Shown here in pieces: positions 48,274-55,386 of a stretch of DNA of 64,000 nucleotides (within the stretch, counting starts at the first letter, position 1; every line of letters begins with the position of its first letter). The DNA comes from Candidatus Blautia intestinavium (GTDB lineage: Bacteria; Bacillota; Clostridia; Lachnospirales; Lachnospiraceae): NCBI GenBank assembly GCA_019113745.1, contig DXGV01000031.1, positions 5,776 to 69,775 on the forward strand, given 5' to 3'. Under the pieces are notes generated by a model. That model was not told the origin of the DNA. It worked only from the letters and a program-made list of their open reading frames with translations, and did not search any database. Both the position numbers and the translations under genes were made by a program.

Positions 48274-48326
48274 AAAAATCAGAACAGGGATTTCATTAAT
48301 ATGAGAAATTCCTGCTCTGATTTTTT
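48274..48326 (+). terminator. Rho-independent terminator
   Basis: AAAAATCAGAACAGGGATTTC / GAAATTCCTGCTCTGATTTTT. Confidence 0.7.
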
Positions 48327-48416
48327 CTTTTTGGGGATAGCATTCGTGTACAAGAGAACAATGAGGTCGAGAAAGAACTGCCTTGCATATGAAATAAAAG
48401 TTGTACTGTCTGTATA

Positions 48417-48493
48417 TGACAAAAAAAGTTGTCATTTCATATTGACAAATATAGTTGTCAATGATATGATAATTATGACAAGAAAAGTTGTCA
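48417..48493 (+). promoter_or_regulatory. sigma-A promoter overlapped by three TGACAA-N6-TTGTCA palindromic operators
   Basis: TTGACA(48442-47)-17-TATGAT(48465-70); operators at 48417-34, 48443-60, 48476-93. Confidence 0.8.
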
Positions 48494-48533
48494 AAGTAAT
48501 CCGCGGAAAACATGACAGAAAGGAGATGGTACT

Positions 48534-48752
48534 GTGCCTTTATTAAATCAGTTAAAGGAATATCGGATCAGGCTGGGAGTCAATCAGACGGAAATGGGGA
48601 AGCTGGCAGGCGTATCCAGACAGACCATCAGCCTGATTGAGAGAGGCGACTATTCGCCTTCGGTTACACTGGCTTTAAAGCTGGCAAAGATCTGCAACGT
48701 AAGTGTAGAAGATATTTTCAGTTATGAGGAGGATGAAGAGGATGAAAAATAA
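48534..48752 (+). CDS. XRE-family HTH transcriptional regulator
   Basis: 'NQTEMGKLAGVSRQTISLIERGDYSPSVTLALKLA'. Confidence 0.92.
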   Translation: MPLLNQLKEYRIRLGVNQTEMGKLAGVSRQTISLIERGDYSPSVTLALKLAKICNVSVEDIFSYEEDEEDEK

Positions 48753-49539
48753 AAGGAAAACAGGCAATTCATATCTGAGATTTGCATTGATCATACTGAT
48801 CAGCGCGGCGGCAGGCGCTGTTCTGGGCTTCGGTCTTATGTATTTTATTGGAAAAAGCGGAGGGGGTATTGAGAATACATTTCATGAGTTTTACGCCGGG
48901 ATCCAGGCATACAGCCTTCCAATCTTAATTGTGATCACAGTTCTGGCGGTGATCCTGGGAGAATTTTACCTTAACAGATTGAAAAGCATTGGCAGAAAAA
49001 TACTCCGTTCCGACGATGAGGAATGCGACATTCTGGACTATCAGGAGGAGAAAACAGGAGCTATTGGTATAAATATCAGCATTATTGCAATGGTATGCAG
49101 CTTTATTTTCCTCTCCTTCGGGTACTCCACAGATTATATCAAAAGCTCAGAGAGCGCCAGATCGGGTTTCCTTTATACCTGCATTGTATTTTGTATCTGC
49201 GGGATCTACGAAGGGTTCTGGCAGGTGCGCTATGTGAAAGCCATCCGGATCGCACATCCGTATATGGAGGGCGATCCGTCTGACAGAAATTTTCAGAAGA
49301 AATGGCTGGAAAGCTGCGACGAGGCGGAGAGGGAGATGATTTACCGAAGCTCCTACAAAACGTATATGACATTAAATAAATTTATTCCGGTGCTGCTTGT
49401 AGTGACGATGATATGTCACCTTTTTTTCCAGACAGGAATTCTGGCCGTTTTTGCTGTAGCTGCTATCTGGCTTCTTGTATCTCTCACCTACACAGGCTCC
49501 TGCGTATCTTCAAAAAAGAAAAAGGCAGGAAGAAAGTAG
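48742..49539 (+). CDS. DUF3169-like membrane protein
   Basis: Multiple TMs, 'FQKKWLESCDEAER..IY.SSYK'; typical partner of XRE HTH. Confidence 0.75.
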   Translation: MKNKRKTGNSYLRFALIILISAAAGAVLGFGLMYFIGKSGGGIENTFHEFYAGIQAYSLPILIVITVLAVILGEFYLNRLKSIGRKILRSDDEECDILDYQEEKTGAIGINISIIAMVCSFIFLSFGYSTDYIKSSESARSGFLYTCIVFCICGIYEGFWQVRYVKAIRIAHPYMEGDPSDRNFQKKWLESCDEAEREMIYRSSYKTYMTLNKFIPVLLVVTMICHLFFQTGILAVFAVAAIWLLVSLTYTGSCVSSKKKKAGRK

Positions 49540-50709
49540 CTACGACATGGTTTTTCTTGTAAGAAGCTCGTGCATTACTGTCATCAGGACAAGGATGATC
49601 AGCATATAAACCGGAAACAGAGAAACGCTGATATGATTTGCGATCAGGCCGAACAGGGGCGGCATCAGGCAGGTGCCTATATAGGCGCTGGCCATCTGTA
49701 CTCCGATAATGGCCTGTGATCTGTCCGCTCCGAAACGGTCCGGCGTGGAATGGATGATACATGGATATATAGGGGCACATCCAAGACCGATGATGATCAG
49801 ACCGGCGAGAGAGGCGCCCGCTCCCAGAGGAAGGAGCATGATCAGAACGCCCGCTCCAATAAGTCCCTGTCCCAGACGGATCATCTGCACGTCATTCAGT
49901 TTCATTGTGAGAAAGCCGCTTAAGGCGCGTCCTACAGTGATTCCGATAAAAAACATGCCTGCAAATCTTGCCGCCGTCTCTGCCGGTACGCCTTTATATA
50001 AGGCCAGATAGCTGCTGGCCCACAGAGCCGCTGTCTGTTCTACCGCGCAGTAACAGAAAAAGCAGACCATCACTTCTTTTGCCCCTGGAATCCGCAGGAT
50101 ACTCTTTATAGAAAGAGCCCTGGGCAGCGCCTGGGAATTTTCCGAAGAAGAATCTGCAGATTTTTTTCCTTTCCACAGAGGAAGGCTGACTGCCAGAAGA
50201 ATGGTCAGAACAATCTGAAGCACGGAGATGATCCTGTAGCCTCCGTTCCAGGTCATTCCCCCTGTCAGGGCAAATCCCATGATATAGGGGCCTATGGTGG
50301 CTCCTACGCCCCACATACAATGAAGCCAGCTCATATGACGGCTTTCATAATGGAGCGCCACATAATTATTCAGGGAAGCGTCCACACTGCCGGCGCCGAG
50401 CCCGTAGGGAACAGCCCAGAGGCAGAGCATCCAGAAGGAATGGCTGATGGAAAAGCCAAATAAGGCTGCGGCCGTCATTCCCACACTGAAAGCAGTTACC
50501 TTTCCGGTTCCCAGCTTCCGGGTGAGACGGTCGCTCTGAAGACTGGAGACGATCGTTCCAAGAGCAATGATCATGGAAATGATACCGGCATAGGATACCG
50601 GAACCTTAAGTTCAGGGTATATGGAGGGCCATGCGGAGCCCAGAAGGGAATCCGGAAGCCCCAGACTGATAAAGGAAATGTAGATAATAACTAATAACAG
50701 TTGAAACAT
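49540..50709 (-). CDS. MFS transporter
   Basis: 'FISLGLPDSLLGSAWP', 'MSWLHCMWGVGA', about 12 TMs. Confidence 0.9.
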   Translation of the reverse strand: MFQLLLVIIYISFISLGLPDSLLGSAWPSIYPELKVPVSYAGIISMIIALGTIVSSLQSDRLTRKLGTGKVTAFSVGMTAAALFGFSISHSFWMLCLWAVPYGLGAGSVDASLNNYVALHYESRHMSWLHCMWGVGATIGPYIMGFALTGGMTWNGGYRIISVLQIVLTILLAVSLPLWKGKKSADSSSENSQALPRALSIKSILRIPGAKEVMVCFFCYCAVEQTAALWASSYLALYKGVPAETAARFAGMFFIGITVGRALSGFLTMKLNDVQMIRLGQGLIGAGVLIMLLPLGAGASLAGLIIIGLGCAPIYPCIIHSTPDRFGADRSQAIIGVQMASAYIGTCLMPPLFGLIANHISVSLFPVYMLIILVLMTVMHELLTRKTMS

Positions 50710-50909
50710 TTGTCAGACCTCCTGTTTATTATAGTGTCCGGCTTTTCAGGGAAAACCGGATCCGTTTTGAATTTTATAAAATAATAACGTCATAAAAACC
50801 TAAATTCAATTTATAAACAGCCATATAATATAACAAAAACGACTTATTGAAGAATAAACAGGAATTATTTTTAAAGAAATGGATAGACGGGAAGAATGGA
50901 GGAATAAAG

Positions 50910-50949
50910 AAAACGGAGCGCAGGAAGATTTTATCCTGTACTCCGTTTT
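50910..50949 (-). terminator. Terminator after ferredoxin gene
   Basis: AAAACGGAG.CAGGA / TCCTG.CTCCGTTTT. Confidence 0.65.
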
Positions 50950-50967
50950 CTGTCATATGATAACAAA

Positions 50968-51354
50968 TTATGATTCTACAACCTCGAGAACTCCTGCAGG
51001 ACAGGCTTTTGCGCAGATTCCGCAGGCAATACATTTGCTGCTTGTGGAGGAGGATTCTGCTTTGACCATTACGCCGAAAGGACAGGCCTCCACACATTTG
51101 CCGCAGCCGGTACATTTCTTTTTATTGATCATGTAAACGCCCTTCGCGTTCTGGGTGATCGCTTCCTCAGGACAGGCTTTCGCGCATTTGCCGCACTGTA
51201 CGCAGACCATTGGCTTCGGGCTTCCGTTCTTTTCAACGATCTGAATGCAGGATTTGTCCGGATCAAATTCCTTATAAAAGCTGGTGGAACATGCGATCAC
51301 ACACTCCAGACATGCCATACATTCCGCGCCTTTTACAACTTTAAGTTTCTTCAT
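50968..51354 (-). CDS. 4Fe-4S dicluster (polyferredoxin, HydN/CooF-like) protein
   Basis: Four CxxCxxCxxxC-type motifs. Confidence 0.88.
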   Translation of the reverse strand: MKKLKVVKGAECMACLECVIACSTSFYKEFDPDKSCIQIVEKNGSPKPMVCVQCGKCAKACPEEAITQNAKGVYMINKKKCTGCGKCVEACPFGVMVKAESSSTSSKCIACGICAKACPAGVLEVVES

Positions 51355-51502
51355 ATTTTTTCCTCCGCATTGTTGATAATATTCGCCGTGACAAAACAGT
51401 ACACAGCATAATAATAAAATAGCCGCTCATCAGAAATCGCTTCTGAAAGCCTACCTTGATTCTAACATTATCTTCCACTTTAGACAAGAGAGAAAAAGAA
51501 GA

Positions 51503-51851
51503 ATCCATTCCTGCGGCAGTGCCTTTTACCCTTCAGACTTTCGCAGTATTTTTTGCTGTGGGAGTGCTGGGAGGAAAAAGAGGAACTCTTGCGGTACTGG
51601 TCTATATTCTGCTGGGCGCGGACGATGTCTGTATCCAATGTCCTAATCGCAGAGAAAACGGCTGTGTTTCGGACGAAAAGGTAAAAGAATACGACAGCAG
51701 GGTTTTGAAAGCCTGTAGGCTGAAATACGGGGAGATTCTGTCCTGGGAAGAATTTACCTGGAAAGTGCGTAAGAAAATGATTTCCGGCGTCGGGAGAGAA
51801 AAAATCTGTCCTGGCTGCCAGTGGAGCAGTATCTACAAAAAGAAAAAATAA
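51503..51851 (+). pseudogene. Chimeric remnant: internal bioY fragment fused in frame to C-terminal DUF1284-like fragment
   Basis: 'SIPAAVPFTLQTFAVFFAVGVLGGKRGTLAVLVYILLGA' (BioY-like) joined at about 51620 to 'DDVCIQCPN...YDSRVL...ICPGCQW' (DUF1284-like); no good start/RBS. Confidence 0.7.
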
Positions 51852-51979
51852 GCCGCAAAGGGCGGAGGAGAGAAAAGACAGGAGCAGCCGGCCTGTGTCT
51901 TTTCTTGCGTATCCCAGTATCACATGCTAGAATAAAAAGTACGAAAATTCAGATGTATTTTTTGGAAAGGAGGTTCTCC

Positions 51980-53242
51980 ATGGAACATAAAACAGGCCTG
52001 GAGGATTATTACATTATAAAAAACAACAAAAAACTCCGTTTTGGATATACTACCGGAACCTGCGCGGCAGCAGCGGCAAAGGGAGCGGCGGAAATGCTCC
52101 TGGGCGGCGGCGAAATCAGGGAGATACCGCTTATGACGCCAAAGGGAATCCTTCTGAATCTGGGGCTTCTGGATATTCAGAGAGAAGACAATGCGGTATC
52201 CTGCGCGGTACGAAAGGACGCGGGTGACGACCCGGACACTACGGACGGACTTCTGATCTATGCGAGAGTGGAGAAAATGGACACGGAGCAATGGAAAAAA
52301 CAGAGAGATTCGTTAGTTAAAAAGAACAGATCGGAGAAAAACCATAGTTCATGTTTGAAGGATGATACGGAAATTTCGGAGATTGCTCCACAGATCGTTC
52401 TTGAGGGCGGCGTAGGAGTGGGCCGGGTAACGAAACGGGGACTTTCCCAGAAAATCGGCGAGGCGGCGATCAATCCTGTCCCGAAGGCAATGATCTTAAA
52501 AGCGACGGAAGAGACGGCGGATAAATACCACTATGAAGGACAGATGAAGATTACAATTTCTGTTCCTGAAGGAGAAAAAATCGCGCAGAAAACCTTTAAT
52601 CCCAGACTGGGCATCCAGGGAGGGATTTCCATCCTTGGAACCTCCGGCATCGTGGAACCTATGAGCGAGACGGCTCTTATTGAGAGTATCCGCGTGGAAA
52701 TGTCCCAGAAGAGAGCGGAAGGGATGGAATACCTTCTTGTAACGCCGGGAAATTACGGGGCAGACTACCTCAGGGAACATATGGATCTGCCTTTTGAAAA
52801 AAATATCAAATGCAGCAATTATGTAGGAGAGACGATTGATATGGCGGTAAATATGGGGGCAAAAGGAATCCTTTTTGTGGCCCATATCGGAAAATTCGTC
52901 AAGGTGGCGTCAGGGATTATGAATACCCATTCCCACAGCGCGGACGCCAGAATGGAAACTCTCTGCGCCAATGCTATCCGGGCAGGCGGAAGCCTTGCGT
53001 GCGCAAAAGAGGTTCTGGACTGCAATACCACGGACGAGGCTCTGGCAGTATTAAAAAAACACGGGATCCTGGAAGAAACTATGAAATATTTAATGGATCG
53101 GATACAGTTTTATCTGAATCACCGCTCCTATCAGCAGATCCTTCTGGGCGCAGTGGTGTTTTCCAATGAGTTCGGGTATCTGGGCCAGACGGAAAGTGCG
53201 GCGGAACTGATTGAGAAACTGCAGGGGACACAGGATGAATGA
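51980..53242 (+). CDS. cbiD: Cobalt-precorrin-5B C1-methyltransferase
   Basis: 'LRFGYTTGTCAAAA', 'KDAGDDPD', 'TFNPRLGI.GGISILGTSGIVEPMS'; ATG 51980 after AGGAGG. Confidence 0.95.
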   Translation: MEHKTGLEDYYIIKNNKKLRFGYTTGTCAAAAAKGAAEMLLGGGEIREIPLMTPKGILLNLGLLDIQREDNAVSCAVRKDAGDDPDTTDGLLIYARVEKMDTEQWKKQRDSLVKKNRSEKNHSSCLKDDTEISEIAPQIVLEGGVGVGRVTKRGLSQKIGEAAINPVPKAMILKATEETADKYHYEGQMKITISVPEGEKIAQKTFNPRLGIQGGISILGTSGIVEPMSETALIESIRVEMSQKRAEGMEYLLVTPGNYGADYLREHMDLPFEKNIKCSNYVGETIDMAVNMGAKGILFVAHIGKFVKVASGIMNTHSHSADARMETLCANAIRAGGSLACAKEVLDCNTTDEALAVLKKHGILEETMKYLMDRIQFYLNHRSYQQILLGAVVFSNEFGYLGQTESAAELIEKLQGTQDE

Positions 53243-53310
53243 AACATAAATGAAACAGAGTGAAAGAAACAAAAAGACGGCTTTGGAAACAGTACTTCGT
53301 ATATAATAAG

Positions 53311-53338
53311 AAAGACGGCTCCAGGGCCGTCTTTATTT
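53311..53338 (+). terminator. Terminator after cbiD
   Basis: AAAGACGGC-TCCAGG-GCCGTCTTT then ATTT. Confidence 0.65.
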
Positions 53339-53496
53339 CGTGAAGTAATATGATTCACGAAAGATTCACAAAAAATCCGGGGTGTTTTCCTATATAAAAA
53401 GAAGTTTCATTGGTCGAATTAATTATTTTATCTTTATATTATTGCCGAAAACCATATAAATGATCAAAATTGCATGATTTGCGTCAGATATATTTC

Positions 53497-53525
53497 TTTA
53501 CATAAAAAAAAATATGTGCTAAAAT
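53497..53525 (+). promoter_or_regulatory. sigma-A promoter of the TnpB-like gene with A9 tract in spacer
   Basis: TTTACA(53497-502)-17 nt (TAAAAAAAAATATGTGC)-TAAAAT(53520-25), TG-extended -10. Confidence 0.65.
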
Positions 53526-53590
53526 AACGCTTGTTAATAATAAATATCGCTTATCATATTACTTCACGAAAAATCTGAGGTGTTTTTTCT

Positions 53591-54853
53591 ATGGAAAAAA
53601 CGGGCTATTATTCCGTGACAGTCAGAAAATTTAATGTTTTGTCCCGTCATACAGACTGGATGAGAAAGACACAGGAACTTTATAACGAGATTGTTTATTT
53701 TTACTACAGTCTCTATCTGGATATCGTGGAGGAAAATAACGCAGTAGAACAGTTCGCGCATGAGGGAACTCCTCAATCTGCCGGAAGAGAAAGAAGGGGT
53801 GATTTTTCCAGTTCTCAGGAAGCCATGAGAGAGCTTGAAAAAATGACGATCATCGGGAGAGAGAAAAAACCTGTTTCCAATCCCCTTCCATGGAAAAAAG
53901 TTCCTCTCTACTTTCGCAGAGCGGCCATAAACACCGCTATAGCGGCGGCAAGAAGTTTCCTTTCCAGGAAAGAACAAAAAACGAGAACAGAAAAATTTGC
54001 AGAGCCGGTAACCTTTTACAAAGGAATGTATAAAGACTTTACCGGAAATGAAATTTTTTTGAAGCTGTGGAATGGTTCTGTATGGCAGTGGACGCGATGC
54101 AAGTTAAGGGGAAATACAGTTCCGCAGGAAGGACAGATGATGTCCCCGTCGCTGATCATGAGGGAAAAACGGATTGAGCTTCATATCCCGTGGAAAACCG
54201 CGATAAGCGACATGAGGACTGCAAAACAGAAAATGGCGGACAGTGAAAAAGTGTGTTCCGTGGTTTTTACAAACCGAAACGCATTGATGGTGTGCTGTAT
54301 CATAGGCCATTCCGGCGAAAAAGAAAGCTGTCTGTTCTTGAAAGGCGGAGCTGAGTATGCTTTCCGATGCCGGACTTTACTGGAAAGAATTGAAAAGTCT
54401 CAGAAAGCCGCGGGGGGAGGCGGAAATCCAAGAGCCAACAGAAAATACTGGGAGAAGCTGAAAAATCTGAACGATTATTATTCTCATCAGTACAGCAGAC
54501 AGGCAGTGGATTACTGCAAGGCTCATGAAGCGAAAATTATTGTACTACCGCAGTTTGAGAACGTTTATCAGACCTATATCATGAAACAGGCAGGAAATTT
54601 TTCTCCTATTCATCTTAGTTCTGCTATACGAGAGAAAATCAAATACAAAGCATGGCGGGAGGGAATCACCGTTTTGGAATCCGTACAGCATAATATTAAT
54701 TCTGTGTGCAGCGTATGCGGAGGACAAATAAAGACTTACGGCAGTTTGTATCAGTGCGAAAACGGGCATCAGGGGAACAGGTATCTGAATTCCGCCTGGA
54801 ACCTTGGAATAAAGTGCAGGGAGTCTTTTCGGACAAAACAGTCAGAAGACTGA
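53591..54853 (+). CDS. TnpB/Cas12f-like protein with predicted inactive RuvC (TldR-like)
   Basis: 420 aa; 'PLYFRRAAINTA', 'SHQYSRQAVDYC', 'KIKYKAWREGI', zinc ribbon 'CSVCG..YQCENGH', 'NRYLNSAWNLG'; catalytic positions read V225, P320, Y398 instead of D/E/D. Confidence 0.8.
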   Translation: MEKTGYYSVTVRKFNVLSRHTDWMRKTQELYNEIVYFYYSLYLDIVEENNAVEQFAHEGTPQSAGRERRGDFSSSQEAMRELEKMTIIGREKKPVSNPLPWKKVPLYFRRAAINTAIAAARSFLSRKEQKTRTEKFAEPVTFYKGMYKDFTGNEIFLKLWNGSVWQWTRCKLRGNTVPQEGQMMSPSLIMREKRIELHIPWKTAISDMRTAKQKMADSEKVCSVVFTNRNALMVCCIIGHSGEKESCLFLKGGAEYAFRCRTLLERIEKSQKAAGGGGNPRANRKYWEKLKNLNDYYSHQYSRQAVDYCKAHEAKIIVLPQFENVYQTYIMKQAGNFSPIHLSSAIREKIKYKAWREGITVLESVQHNINSVCSVCGGQIKTYGSLYQCENGHQGNRYLNSAWNLGIKCRESFRTKQSED

Positions 54854-54978
54854 TATATGCTTTACTTGTGAACAACAGATAATCAAGGCCGCATGAGTGG
54901 CCTGAAATTTATCACCTGGTATTAGATAAGTTAAAAATATTAGTTTAATATTGTTACCGCGAAAATGAAAAGAAAAAG

Positions 54979-55137
54979 ATGAAAACTGGCAGCTCAAGCG
55001 CCATTTTCATAGATCTTATGGGAAACCGTAAAAGGCCGGCGCCTACAGGGAGACGGCCATGGGTATGAGCACCGCCCGCCGGAGCCGGATAAGGCCCCGG
55101 GAAGACGGCAGTTTAGGAGCTGCGAAAGTGCTTGAAG
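54979..55137 (+). ncRNA. Candidate structured RNA (omega-RNA-like scaffold or EPS-operon leader)
   Basis: GC-rich island in AT-rich intergenic DNA with at least five stems incl. TTATGG-GAAA-CCGTAA and a multiloop closed by TGAGCAC/GTGCTTG. Confidence 0.55.
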
Positions 55138-55191
55138 TTATCAGAAAAGCTTAAAATATCAGCAGATAATAGACAGAAAAGGATGAAAATC

Positions 55192-55359
55192 ATGATTGTC
55201 TTTATAGTGATCATTATCGCTGTAGTAGCCGTGGCTGTGTCCTGGATGCTGATTGCCGGAGCTTGGTCCGGCATAGATGACCACAGAGCCAGCGATGAAG
55301 AACAGATGAAAGCCTGTCATATGATGAATGAGGCGCGAAAAAAGAAAAAAGGTAAATGA
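55192..55359 (+). CDS. Small single-TM hypothetical protein
   Basis: Hydrophobic N-terminus, basic C-terminus; AAAGGA RBS before ATG 55192. Confidence 0.5.
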   Translation: MIVFIVIIIAVVAVAVSWMLIAGAWSGIDDHRASDEEQMKACHMMNEARKKKKGK

Positions 55360-55386
55360 ACAATTGGGAGAAGAGAGTCAGAGGCA

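Noticed and set aside
51852-51979. Cobalamin riboswitch before cbiD
   Set aside because: Too short and no B12 box seen.
53591-54853. Active IS200/IS605 or IS607 insertion sequence
   Set aside because: No tnpA or serine recombinase, no recognisable element ends, and RuvC catalytic residues appear lost.
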